Origin: Camelus ferus
Lineage: Eukaryota
Length of the DNA stretch: 64,000 bases
Assembly: GCF_009834535.1 (NCBI RefSeq)
Contig: NC_045696.1
Span: 38,938,001 to 39,002,000 of the forward strand
Direction of reading: 5' to 3'
Below, piece after piece: positions 24,381 to 39,329 of this stretch (within the stretch, counting starts at the first letter, position 1; each line of letters begins with the position of its first letter). Both the position numbers and the translations under genes were made by a program. The notes under the pieces were generated by a model. The model saw only the letters and a list, made by a program, of their open reading frames with translations, was not told the DNA's origin and searched no databases.

Positions 24381-27300
24381 TCTTTAGATATAAATAATCT
24401 TACACGAAATAGTAATATAGGGCAAGTGGCATTTTACATAAGAGGGACCAGAATAGTATACAGTAGATTTGACTTATGTTATTTTCAAAAAAGAAAGTCT
24501 GAAATTGTATAACATATAAAAATTAACTGCTTGCAAACATGGGAAATGTGAATATATATATTACATGAGTTACAGATTTCTTGAAATTTATAGATCTAGT
24601 ATTAGTACAGTACTGCTGCCAGTTTTCAGAGAAAAAACACTTTACTGATCATAAAAATGGATCAGGTAACTGTGGATTTCACAATAGGAATAATAGCAAA
24701 CTGACAAGTTAGAGTGTATTCAAGGTCGTAGCTATGAAAAAGGCAATTTATACAATAATTCCAAACACGTGTCAACTGTTTGATTCTTGTATGCACTAGA
24801 TTTTGGTCCTCAGTTAGATATTTGTTTGGTAGTAAGACTTGCCCAGCCTGATTTACTGGTCTAACCTGTCTCAGTCAGTAATTGGCAGATATAAACTCAG
24901 ATTATGTAGGTTGAGTTAGGATCAGTGCAGCAGTTTCTCCACTAGCATATTCCTCATTTTTCATCATTGTCATTTACTTTTTAATTATGCAGTTATTTTA
25001 AAGAAGGAAGCAAATAGTTCTCATAAAGATAGTTTCATATTAATATACTAAAGCCCTTGAGTATTCTTATGTTACACAGAATTTGATGACTCACAATGTA
25101 GTAGCACCCATTGGCTACAATATCTCTTCACCAAATCAGATAGCGTATTAATTATGTGTCTATTGCTGGCCTAGTATGGTGTGCACTCCTATAGGACTTT
25201 GATATTGCTTTTTGACAAGCGTGACATTTCTTATATAATTCTGTTTCAACAGGTGTTTTACCTGGGTGTGATTGCTGAACTTTCGGAGCCATGTTTCTGG
25301 ACCTTGATTTGTGAAATCTATCCCTGACCCCAAGCACAGCCTGCTCACGTGATACAGTTTGGCGCTTTCTTCTCCCTTTTTCCCCTTGTGTGTATTTCCT
25401 ACTCTTCATATTTATCACACTGTGCTGTAACTGGTAACTGTCACTTAGTTCCGTTTCCTTCTTTGAGACTGAGTTTCTTGAGGATGGATCACATTGTGTA
25501 TTCCAATCACCAAATATAGGGCCTGAAAACATTTAATAAATGTTTTTTGAACCAGTGGAAGGCCGTAAAATAACTTTGTAGATGGGATATTACTTTTCAT
25601 TTAAAATTTTTTTAAAAAATATACATTCTTCCCACCAACTTTCCTAATCACGTTTGAGGCAACTACCACCAGAAGAATGACTACTAGGTCAATGATCTTT
25701 ATTTAGGCTCAATCCAGATCTTTTTCAGAATTTTCCACTTTCTTGTTTTTTGTTTTGGTTTGTTTTTCTGAAATGTAAACTGATTAATAAATTTTTTAGT
25801 AAATACATTATTTTTAAAAAGTTCTCTGACTACCTTCCTCACCTACTAAGGAAAAGTTTTTCCAGTAGCTACTTCTTAAATTTCATTTAAAGATACCTTT
25901 TTTCTAAGCTAAATTGTGTTTTATTTAAGGTACAGAGACTAAATATACCTACAGAATGTCCTTAAGTGGTAGGAAGAACTAGAATGAAAATGGCAGAATT
26001 TTAAATGAATAAGTTAATTTCCATTCCCTCAGTCTGCATGTGGTTGATAGTTTTATAGAGACAAATTCTGTACTGTGATGTGGTCCGCTTCTTTATTTGA
26101 TGATGTGCATGACTGATCATTTGAAGTGGAGTTCCTGTTGAACCAGATGGAAGTAGAATCATCAATTTGAAGTTACTTAATACCAGGTGTTTTTATGTAA
26201 GGTACATAAAAACAATTGGCTCATTTAATTGTCTTCCAGACTTGATACAATACTGCTATGAGTATAGTAGTATGTCAATACATTTACCTGTAGTAGAAGT
26301 AAACCAAGTGACTTATGATGGAAACTGACCCCCTAGAAGTGCTTATTTGTGGAGCTGAAAGGAAAATAGAATGCAGAAATGAATAAAACTTAAAAATGGT
26401 TGTTAATATGAAATCAATTTCAAGAATTATCATTTTACTTCGATATTAGAGTCAAAATATTCCTATTGCAACTTTTTGTCTTCTGTTTTACCCTTTTTCG
26501 TAGGTAACTCCTTTTTTCTCTTTATCAATGAAAATTTGATTGGAAGAGGTGAAGAGGGAATTCAGTTGCTAACATAGACTGATGGAAATATTTGATGTAG
26601 GCTGCTTTTGTATTATTTGCAAAACCAGTTAAGTTAGTTTGATGTATTTTTACAAATTTTTTTCAAAATTAAAGTGGGGTCATTGAGAAATATACTTGCT
26701 ACATTTCTGAAAAATCAAACTATATCCTCTAGTAGCACTTGATTTTATAAGCCCCATATGGGTTTTTTGCTACTACTACATTTAGCAATATTTTTAAATG
26801 AAATTTCGTGAACATTGGCTAATGTTATTATTTCATAATGGACCATGTAAAATTTCCATAAATAAGTATGTCAAGTTTATTTTCAGCACTGTATTCAGTA
26901 CTTCATCACCCCAGATTATAAACAAAGTAAATAGACTTCCATTCTATACAAAGAAAATTCATGTTAAGGAAATAATGCTAATCTCAATTTTAAATTAGGT
27001 AAAGGCCCCATGTGAAAACTGTGGCTCATTTTATATGAGAGCATGTATCATTTCCAGCTGCTTTCTCTCTCTAATCAAAACATTTGCTCACAATAACAGC
27101 TGCCTCTGTGCCTTGTTTTTAAACCATTTGCAGCAAATCAAACTGGGAACAACGTGTCCATAGTAAGAGAACTCAGAATTCTGGGACACGTCTGTTCTAA
27201 AACTTCCAAATAAGAAAAAAGGAAAGCCAATTCACAAAGCGGTTACTTTTTACTCTAAAGGTTTGTTTCATGAGCCCTAATAAATAAAATTTACAATCAA

Positions 27301-28841
27301 CATTTAATATAGTGCAGTCCAGAAATTTATAAACAACGTTCTTTTTAGAATAAATCCATTTAAAATTGTATATCAGATATGTACAATACAGTGCATAGCT
27401 TATGTACTCAGATCGATTATTTTGGGAAAACAGAATATAGGAACTAGGTTCCTCATATAATAGTGATTATTCTGAGCCATTATCTGTGTCATGCATATGA
27501 AGCTGTATTAATCCCAAAGTTAATATTCTACATATGACTTTATATTTTAGATAGCATTTGACTCAAGCAAAAGACATCAAACTGAACTGGTATGAATAAC
27601 TATTTTGGAATACATTTTATAACCTATGTTTGCCAGAGAAATCCTTCTTCTATTATACTCTTTAGAATACAATGGTTTGTTATTAGCAAATTTTACACTG
27701 ATTAGGAAGTAAATATTTGATTGTTAGTATTCTGATTTTGTAAAGCATTCATTTTTCTTCATAAGTATCATCATTATATCAAGGGAAGAAAAGAGTAAAT
27801 AATTTAGGTCAGACTAACTAACACATCTTAATTTAAGCATTAAAAGATGTGTGTTTAAAAGATATCAATATCCACATGTTCTGGAAATAAAAACCAGACA
27901 AATAATTCAATAAAACTTCACACATCCCATAGAAGTCTGAATAACCAATTACTTAAAATTTCACCATCTGCTCTCATTGAAGCAGCAAGACTGAGGCATT
28001 TCCCTGTGTTGCACACCATGATAATCAGAATGTAACAGAATGAGAAATGCTAACATCATTTTTCCCCCTTTCTTATTTGCTGTTGTGGTTCTTAATGAAA
28101 ACCTGAGCTATACAAAGGAAAGGGGAGGATATTCCCCCGCCCCACCTACTAATTGGGTGCTTATACCCAGTAATAGCTTTTTGCTGCCCTGGGCAGCATG
28201 ACACTGTCTCATTTGGCCACGCACAGCTATTACTCTGGGAGGCAGCTAGTGAAGTGCCCCAATCCATCTGCTTGCTTTTCATGGGCTGGTGCTTTCCTTG
28301 ATGTTGACAGCTGTCTTAATATTCCTGGGCCACCTGCCACATAGTAAATACTGTGCTCTAAGATATATACAGAAGTTTATCCCTCTGGTGGACTTCTCAG
28401 AACAAAGAGCTTAGCATTTCTAAACTACCCTTGCATCCTTGTTGAAATGCTTCGGGGATCATCACTTTGTTCTCACACTTTTGAGGAGCACAGTGCTTAC
28501 TATGCTTTGGAAATGGTAGTCCACTTACAGTGTGATGAACTTCAGCTTTTCTCACATGTCAAATAAGCTAGTGAATTGCAGACTTTCTGTGGAAGTTGTG
28601 GTGGTCACAGGAGGCAGAGAGGAAGAGAGCATACTGACAGTTATCTCTAGTGAGCCTTCCTGGAAACATGTACACTAAATTGAGGGTCTATCCTATTTAT
28701 GCCCATAGAAAGATTGCCCCTGTCCTACTCTCTTTGCTCATCTGCTTCCTCCATCAAACCTGCTCCTAGAGGGAAAACACTTGATCTTACTCATCACTGT
28801 ATCTGTAAGAATGAGTGTGAATCTGACACACAGTCGGCACT

Positions 28842-29948
28842 CAGGGACAGATCCAGATTTTAAGGTATCTAAAGAGTTTTGCAATTTCTCTTTAAAGGAA
28901 AAGATTTAAAATGAAAAATAAAAATTCACAAAAGTGAATGAAAAAATAAATCACACAAATTACCAATTTTAAAAGGTTGGCTAATATTACAAATATCACA
29001 AAGTCTAGAAAATCAGTATTTTTTCCATTAACTCCCCCGCATGCCTCTATAATATTTTTTCTTATACTTTGTCTACTCTTTGATAGGCTTCCCTATGACA
29101 ATCATTTTCTAATATCATTTTCTGTACATATAATGGAAAGATAATTCAGTCTTTCCTCCAAATTGGTTAAGTGTATTTATTATTGATACAAGGGTTACGT
29201 AAACATACAACACTAAACACACACACCCAGTGTTGTGGTACTGCTACAGGTTTGTGCCCTACAAACAAAAATTCTGATAAATTCTATTTTACATGATTTT
29301 CACTGAAAAAAGACTGGGGCATTTACAGTTATAAAAATTGTATACACTACATTAATGAACATCTTACTGTTATGAGAGAAATTACATCAATTAGAAGTGA
29401 TTCTTCCTGTTTCACTTTTGTCTTTTGATGCCTGGAATACTTTTCCACAAGTCACCTTTTGCTATTTTACATTTAAAATCTTGTTTCACCTCTACTACCC
29501 ACATGCTTTCAGCGTTATGGGTCTTAGGATATGTTTATGTCTTGTTAGTACCTCTGGTCCTGTATCTTGGGTGTAATGCTTGGTGAGCTGCACAATGGAC
29601 AAGTTGGAATTTAAGCAATAACAACTATACTTTGGAAAAGCTGATAACCATATAAATATATCCCATTAAATCCAAACTAAATGTATCCCCAACACAAATT
29701 TCCCAGCAGATCCCAAAGTGCTGCCGGTAACTCCAATACCAACTGCCTCTAGGAATAATATGATGGAGGGGAAATCCTAGAGGAAAGAGCTTGTGGTCTT
29801 ACTTGCAGTATAAATACTTGTTTTGGCAAATTTCATAAAAACGCATGACCAAGCGATCACATTCCTGAATTCACACTGGAAGAGACTGTGCCGGTGAGAT
29901 GCCTTGAAGTTGTGCTTCATTAGCTTCACAGAAAATGTGCTTCTACTG
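28842..29948. mobile_element. hAT-Tip100-like (MER115/Zaphod-like) non-autonomous DNA transposon inserted in an L2 3' end
   Basis: Begins cagggacagatccagatttt and ends ...cttcattagcttcacagaaaatgtgcttctactg. Degenerate 8-bp TSD tcggcact (28834-28841) / taagtact (29949-29956). Flanks join as an L2 tail. Confidence 0.6.
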
Positions 29949-31423
29949 TAAGTACTCACTCACTAAATGTCAGTGAATGAATTGAATGGAGATAACTGTG
30001 CTAAATTAGCATCTCTAAGATGCTTACAACTCTAAAATTTAACAGGAAGTTTTTACTGACTTCCTAACTCTACCTTAGATCTTAGAATTCAGAATGTGTT
30101 ATTATGAGTTCAGAATATAAGGATGGAGGACATTAGTACTTGAAAAATAAAGAAATGAAAATTCAGGGGTCATTGATTTATGAGTTTAAGCTGAATTTTC
30201 ATAGACAAAAGTTTGCCTTAATGGAGGCCGCGCATTACTCATTCACTCAGGGTGGAGATCAGAATATTGTTAGATATTGTTTCCTTCCTTAAGTAGTTGC
30301 TTTTGAGAAAAAAAAAATAAGGTTTGTATTGGCACAACTGTTCATTTTAGGTGCCTCTAATAACATTTACATTATCTTATACCCTTCCAAGATGTTTATT
30401 AATAGAAGGGATTCTAACTAGATGAACATTAGCTTTATTTCTACTACTTACACTGTCACCACGAATACTGTAGAAAGTTTCTATATGAATGAAGGACTTC
30501 ACACATCATGATTCTGATGCCTTCTCATTTACCCCGGGTAGTGACTATTGAAAGAATATGATCATCACAGCTTTGTCCCTGACAGCTATTTTTTAGAGAA
30601 ATTATTTTCTTAAAGAAATAGCATTATTAGTTAAAATCATAATTCAGTAATAAATCTGACTGGCCCCCACCCACGTTTATCTCCAGAAAGACCTCCTGAA
30701 CAATCCGCCCTCTGGGTAGGTATTAGAGCGTAGGGCCTGCTTTTGTCACAGTACAAGTGGTGGACACATCTGGTAGTCATTTAACATCCCTCTGGGGAGA
30801 TTAATTCTCTAGGCCTTCTAGCTGGAGGGAACAGTTTGTTTCAAACTCTCTTTGCTTTCATATTCTCTGAGCTTTCTGGTAAGTGGGCCTTTAATGGAAA
30901 TAAGACTCGAATTGGGAAGTCTACTTGTCTTATTCTAGTGTATTATTCTACTTTTTCCCTATTTTCTCAGACTCACAGAGAAAGAGGAAAGATTTGCTAA
31001 AGAGAAAGTGCTGGTCAGTCTTGAGGGATAGTCTGGAATGAACCCAGCAGAAGGAAATGGGGCTGATTTAACTTTGGTAGTTATTGCCATCAGCTGGTGC
31101 TGAAATGATCTGGGGCTTATAGACATCCAATCTACTCAGAAGCAACCATCTCCTCCTCCAGCACTCCAAAACCAGAGCAGGGGATGACCCCAGGGTAGCT
31201 TCCTTCCCCTCCCCCAACTCAGAACTGCCTTGGACATTTCACTTTTATCTCATTTACTTGTATAAAATTTTTAGTGAACAGGTGTGCCATATCATGTCTG
31301 TGAGTTCTACACCCTCTCAGGTGTAAAGCAGTTGGCTTTAAAACAGAACACCTGGGGTAAATGGGCCTCGACGTTTTCTCTACTAGCTACTAGGGTGTAA
31401 AAACTGAAAAAAAAAAAAAAAAT

Positions 31424-31880
31424 TCATGCTACTATCTTAGTGAAATAAGTCAGACACGGAAGGACAAATACTATATTACATGGATTCACTTATATGATGA
31501 ATCTCAAACAGTCAAATCCATAGGAGCAGAGACTGGAATGGTGGTTGCCAGGGGCTGGGAAAGGAAAAAAGGGAGGGGAGGAATTAGTCAAAGGGTACCA
31601 AGTTGCAGTTACACAAGGTGAGTAAGTCCCAGAGTTCTTCTTACAGCATAGTGTCTATTGTTAATAATACTGTATTGTATACTTAAAACTTTGCTAAGAG
31701 GGTAGATCTTACATCTTAAGTGTATATAGTAATAATAATGAAGGTGGAAGGAAGCTTATAGCCGTGATTATTTTATGACATAGATTGTGTTGGTGGTTTC
31801 ATGGTGTGCATTTATCTTCAAACTCATCAAGCTGCATACATTAATTATGTACAGCTTTATGTATGTAAATTTTTAAAACA
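31424..31880 (+). mobile_element. L1MA/MB-type 3' end fragment
   Basis: Typical L1 3'UTR motifs: agtgaaataagtcagacacggaaggacaaatact; tggtggttgccaggggctggg; aataatactgtattgtatacttaaaa. Confidence 0.8.
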
Positions 31881-32249
31881 CTAAGAAAATTCAGACTACT
31901 GTATTTAGACATTATTTAAAAGCAAATCTTAAGGACATTTTGGTTTCCAGATTTCAGTGACGTCTGTGTAATGACTACAAATATTTGTTTCAGCGTTTAC
32001 AAGTTTCAGTCACACTTGTTTCTGATCAGTGTCGTTTTTACAAGAGGGCTTGTCGGGGAGTAGTGGGTAACACGGCGTGTGAGACACACAACGCACGTCT
32101 GGGTTACTCCACACGCAGTGAGCCAGCCAAACAAGAAGAGTTGCTGACAGACCTCACTTCTGGGACTCAGCCGTAGGGCAACCTCATCTTTTGCAGCCCT
32201 GGTGGAAGCTGTTTTAGGAAGAGCTGTTCGTTAGCTGAAAGGCAGCCCA

Positions 32250-33500
<1,251 letters not shown>

Positions 33501-36500
33501 TTGCCTGACTTTTAAATGAGGCCGCCCTTTCCCCGTATCTCTAAGGAAACATCTGCCTCAAGTTTCCAAACGGATTCCAGAAACCAAGACTCGCGCTGTC
33601 TTGGTTTCAGTAGTGAAAACGTGCCCCTTATCTGCAGCCTTGTCTCCTTCCTCTACCTGCTGCTGTAAAATCGAAAAAAAAATTTTTTTAATCCGTGTCT
33701 CATGAAAATACCGTGAATCCTTTCATCCGTCCCGAGGGAAAAAGAGGGGTTAAGTGAAATGCAACTTGCTGTTTTAAACTTGGGATGAGAAGAGAGGCTT
33801 ACTGCTCCCTCTTCCCCCAAATTGCGCTAGAGGAGTGTAACCCATGTGGTTGAAAGGACTTTAGGTGTTAAAGACTTTGTGGAAGGCTTCAAAGAAAAAT
33901 GGATAGAAAACCTAACTGTAACCGTGACCGAGCTGATTCTGTCAGTCAGTATTCATTCCGGTCTTGTCCTTGGATTCTAGCCGTTTATATGTTCCTCAGT
34001 TTCCTTCCTTGTGAACCATTTCCATTATGACCCTCTGTTAATAAAATGCCGCATCTTTCCAAGAAAGCACCTATGTTATAATTAGTAAACTTGTGGGAAG
34101 CTTCAGCTACTATTGCCCTATTAAGACAGAATTTAAAATTCAGAGTTACACAGTAGTTAAAAATAGTTTTGAAGTCTGACAGGGCCCAGAATGTCCCAGT
34201 GCTGGTGTGGGCAGACAGCCTGTGGTGCCTGCCATCACTGTAACAACACTAACAGTCTTGAATAATGTGGAAGCGGTGCTTAAAAGAAATCCCAAGTAGA
34301 CTCAGCAAAAGTCGGAAACTCGAGTCAGCTGTTAAAAGGGAATAGGCCGGCTAGTTTCAGGCTCTTGCCATAATTGTCCTGAAACCCTACCTACCTTCCT
34401 GCCCTGTGCTGGTGTTTTAGGCACTTCTCAAATCTAATTTCTTTTCACTCCGGAGCTAACCACTCCAGCAACTTGTCTCTTGTCTGCTTACCACTTCTCT
34501 ATTCTCATCATCTCCAGAGAGGCACAGACTGGCTTTTCGACAATGAGAATTTTAATTGTGCTTCTATGAACACTAATTTTGTCCTCATCTCTTTTAGAAC
34601 TTGCCAGATGTTAAGGGGATAGCAGATAATCCTTTGTGAGGGTGTTTTACCTTTTAAATGAGCTTTAAGCTATCTTTTCAAGGATATAAAGGCCCACAAA
34701 GCCTTTATTGAAAGTTTAATGAAACAAATGGAAACACTCAGTAGTGCCGAGTGTCCTAGTAACACAACACCCTGTGCTAACAAGATTGGAAACAGAGTTG
34801 CAATTCGTCACCATGATCTTATTTCAAAATGAAAGGGTATTTTGACTGTTTCTTTTAGAGGCAGTAGAAACTTTTGGTTTTAATGGGAGCCTGGTGTACC
34901 TTTTGTACTGGTGATTTTAGATGCAGGGGAGTCTGTTCAGCAGACACAGGATGCTTGGTGCAGTAGGGATGTAAAGATGACTGAGAAAAGGGTCCTTTCT
35001 CTAAGGAAACTGAGAATCTGAGACCACTTGAAAATAGTTATACTAGCACTTACGGCACTTTACAATTTTCAGAGTGCTTGTAATAATACTACACTTGAGG
35101 TTGGACAAACCTGTATGATCCACGTTCTCATTTTACTGTTTAAAAAAAAAAAGAGTTTAAGAAACTTGATTAAAGTCTCATAGCTACTTTTCAGTGGGTG
35201 AACACAGGGTGTTAAGTCCTGTGCAGTGCCTGCCTCTCAGAGGCCCCTTAACATGCATTAAGGATTAATATATGTATTCTAACTTTTCGATGTACTCAAA
35301 ATGAAATGCATTCTTTCCAACTTGTACAGTATCCTTTTCTGCACTCCCGTTGTTGACTTACATGAATTTTGTGTTGTAACTTCTGCATGTACAAATACAA
35401 ATGGGATGTGAATTCCTTAACAGAATTCCTTAACACTTAAGAACAGAGTTAAAAATTAAACACAAACATAACCACAAGACCAATAAAAGTAAAATTTACA
35501 GCATTATCCTGACAGCTCTTTTTTGGCTACTCACAAAATGCATATTGGTACCAGCTGGGACAAACACAGGGTTTTTGGGAGTTGCCATCACTGTGCCACT
35601 CTACCAAAACATGATTCAGGTTTTCCAGTATTTCCCTATTTGAACCATAGGAAAACCTTTGCTTTTATGGTGTGCTGTAAGTTATTTGGGCATCATTTGG
35701 TCTGAACGCATTTTTTATATGTATAGTGTTTGCTGCTGTTCTGTTCTCATTAACCCTGCAGCTGTTAAAGAAGGCCTGTTTGCATCAATACTGTTGTATA
35801 TGTGAATTCAGGTGTTAACAATTGAATTGCTTGTCAGTACTTAATATCTTGGGTGATTGACCAGATCCAGGAAATGCTTATATTAATTTGTTTTAGATTA
35901 GACAGAAATGAAAACTGCAGTGGAATTAAATCCACTGTTGTAAATGATTAGCCCAGTTTATGAGCATGCAAGGAATGGACTCCTTAGAAGTGATAGGGGA
36001 GAGCAGGGAGGGCTTCATGGTAGAGGTGGTTTTACCTGGGCCTTCAAGGCACTGGTAGTGTTTTCTGTAGGTAGAGAACTTAGCCAGGAGATAGAGAGCA
36101 ATAGGGAATGGGTCCTCTGGGCTGAGCAGAGGCTTTCAGGGGTTATGATGTCTTGGGGGCTAAGTACATTAGTGGGGCAGAGAGAAAGAGGTGGTAAGAA
36201 AGTTAGATTAGAGCTGAGCCATAAAGAGTGTTTACCTCTTGATTTAAAGTTTAGAGAATTTTAGTGAAGTTCTCTTAAACAGTTACTGCTAAACTGTGAA
36301 ATTTGGAGGATACCTGCTTTCTAATTTGCCCTGCTTTGAGAGTGATTGCTCAGTTTTGTTTCTTTGCTATATCACACATTATGGACGTGTTTAAAATGAG
36401 CTCCAGTATAACTGTTTGTAACTTGGGAAGAGGACAGATAGGTGGGAACAGCACTTATCAAGAGCTGACTGTGCACTTGCTCCTGGGCTGGATACTCGGA

Positions 36501-36589
36501 CTTGCAGCGTCTCATTTAAACATCACCCTCAGCCTGAAAGGTTGGTATGCTAATCGCTATTCTGACAATTGAGGAAGCTAAGGGTGAGA

Positions 36590-36790
36590 GAGTTCTTAGT
36601 GGTGGACACTTCCAGCATCTTGGGTGGGACAGTTCATTGTTGACCTGGACTCTCCTGTCCTTGCAGGATATTTGGCATCTGTGGCCCCGCCTACTAACTG
36701 CCAGAGCATCCTCCAGTCACTGGGATAACTCAGAACACCCCCACCCAGTTGGGTAGGGGAGAGAGTGCTAGCACTCCCAGTGGAGAATGA
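36590..36790 (-). mobile_element. MER20-like hAT-Charlie element nested inside a MIR (~36440-36870)
   Basis: ttgcaggatatttggcatctgtggccccgcctactaactgccagagcatc resembles the MER20 reverse strand. MIR core motifs lie on both sides (tgaggaagctaagg; atttgaacttaggtttctctgactccaaagc). Confidence 0.6.
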
Positions 36791-38899
36791 CTTATGCCAA
36801 ATCATGCCAGGAGCAAGATTTGAACTTAGGTTTCTCTGACTCCAAAGCTCTGGTTCTTTTTCCACACCATCCTGCCCTTCTTGAACTGAGTAGTAAGTCA
36901 GTTGGACCTTTCCGTCCTTTGTTCTGGAATGGACAACATTTCACTTGTACTCTTTTTGGCTGTTCCTTTGAGTATCCCAATATAGTGTCATTGATAGAAG
37001 GTGAGACAGGATCACCGGACCCAAGGACAGGGCCTGTGTTTCATTCCTCTTCGTGCCCTCTTTGCCTCACTCAGTTGAGGGAGTGAACCTCTGTTTGTTG
37101 ATGGAGCATGACAGCCCTTATTAGTGGCTTTCAGCCAGGGGTGGTATACCTCCTGCCCTCAAAATGGGCATTTTGAAACATGGTTGGGTGGTGGTCTGTA
37201 AAGATCTCTAGGCAGAGAGATTGGCTCTTGATGTAAAGTTCAGAAAATTTTTGCTTTTCACCATGGCTGAGTGTGATTAAGTGGGTGGAGCCAGGATGCT
37301 AATGCGCTGAAGTGCAGGAGATAGTTTCATAAAAGATTCAGTACTGCCCTTGGCTTCCAGCCTGAGAGCTGCTGACCTTCAAGTTAAATGTTGACCACAG
37401 CATCAGTTATGTGGGGAAAGGGAGCTTTCTCCTCTGAATTTTCATGGTGATTGCATTTTCATTGATTTGAAAACACTATAGAAGATAATTGGTCACTAGT
37501 TTAGTGGAATGAGATACCTATGTGGTGTTGAAAGCCCACATCCTTAGTTCATGCCTGCAGCAGTACAGGTGACTGTAAAATTCCAGGAGTCCTCTGCCAT
37601 GTGTACGTTGTGAGGATCTTGAGCTCCCAGGTTAACGGAAAGCACAGGACCTACTCTTGGCAGTGGAGTAGAAATACAGTCTGTTTCAGGCTGTGGAACT
37701 GTACTTCTTTTCAAATGAGATTTCTCTTTTGGGTTTAACAGCGTGTCTGCCAGATGTCTAACCTGGGGATTGTGTTTCTTCTTGCTGAGGACATTCCTTG
37801 AAAACTAACTCAATTGTACACTCTAAATATGTAAGAGTTGCAAGTGTTCCTCAGACTGGCCTGCGATAAATTTAATCAGAACTTCTGATTTTATTAGAAC
37901 AAACATTTTTGGGTTCTTTTTTTCACCTCAGTGGAAAATATGTAAAAAGGACAATGGCAAATTTTGTAAAGTAACAGGAATATAGTATTCCCTCAATAAA
38001 ATATTTCATTTTCTAACCAGAGTTCTGATGAAATATACTGACAGGTATACCAGAAATGCCAATACAACTATAGTAGCAAGAAAACATAGGTTGATGTAAA
38101 TTGAAACTAAGGAAAGTAATCCAGGCTACCTACTGGAAAGAGAGGATCAGCATGAAATAAAAGTTGAAGAAGTCCTATTTATTTTGAGTCTTTGTTCTAT
38201 AAGTTGGAGTGACTGCTACGTGTAAAGTGTGTTGCTTAGGAGTGGGATACAAAGATGAATGAAAGGCCAAAACTGCTCTCAAAGAGTTCCTGAAGTAATG
38301 GAGGGGATGGACACGTCCATCTCTGTTTTCAAGATGAACTCATTATAAGCCAGATGGATACTCGGTGTGCATGACTTGTTTCATTCAGAACGCACTTACT
38401 GTTTTGTGAGTGTCAAACATTGTTTGAGGACTGTAAGTGGGCTTCACAGTGTCTTCTCGCATTATTAACTTTTCTCGGAGCATGGTTTGATTAGCATCCT
38501 TTCCCAAGCAGACTGGTGGGGAGGTATGGTGGTAACTGTACCAGCAGGGTGAATGCGAGTGCTTTCCCTCCATCCTCCTGCCCTTTCTTGACTCCATAAG
38601 GCTTAGACTGGGACAGAAAAGCAGATCCTTTCAAAAATCAGCATTCCAAGTGAGCTGAGATCCTTGTACAAAATGGTTTGCTGCTGATGGAGAAACAAGT
38701 TGACGTTTTGGGACCAGAAGTAACTCCTTAATGTTTATTTGGCAGTTGTGAATTCCAAGTGCTGGTACAACTCCAGCAGGATTATCCCTCAGTGTTTAAC
38801 CCCTGGGGGTATTTAATTGAAAGTGTCCCAAAGCAGTGAAACAACTGTTTGCTTAGTCAGGTGTGTTTTTTTCCCCCTGATGGATTAGTGGTGACAAAA

Positions 38900-39130
38900 C
38901 TAAACCACCCTTTATTGAGGCTCTAATAAGATCCAGGCCCTATGCTTGGGGCTTTAAACATATGCATTCATTTAATCCTCAGAGCAACCTTATGAGAGAG
39001 GAATCTTTACTCCATTTTACAGATGCATAATTTGAGGCTTGGAGAGTTACAGTAGCTAAACAAAAGCCTCACAACATTTTGTGGTAGAGTGAGGAGTCAA
39101 GTTTCCCTTCCTGAATTCAAAGCCTACTGC
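38900..39130 (-). mobile_element. MIR SINE
   Basis: tcatttaatcctcagagcaaccttatgag...ccattttacagatg...tgaggcttggagag core. Confidence 0.7.
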
Positions 39131-39329
39131 ATTATGGGACTGCTTCCTCTGCTTAATTGGGAAGATCCAAACAGAAGGCAGGCCTTAGAAAATGGTTTTG
39201 AATGGAAATAAGACAATGGCTTGCAACTGGATGTCTGCCCAGATGGCCTGTGTCGGTGCCCATACGATAAAGAATTTATAGTCCTGACAACTGAGAGAGG
39301 AAAAAATGTATATTTATAAAATTTATAGA

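Noticed and set aside
35411..35434. Short tandem duplication aattccttaacag/aattccttaac
   Set aside because: A two-copy slippage duplication with no functional context.
38306..38321. Palindrome GATGGAC-AC-GTCCATC
   Set aside because: A 7-bp arm is expected by chance in 64 kb.
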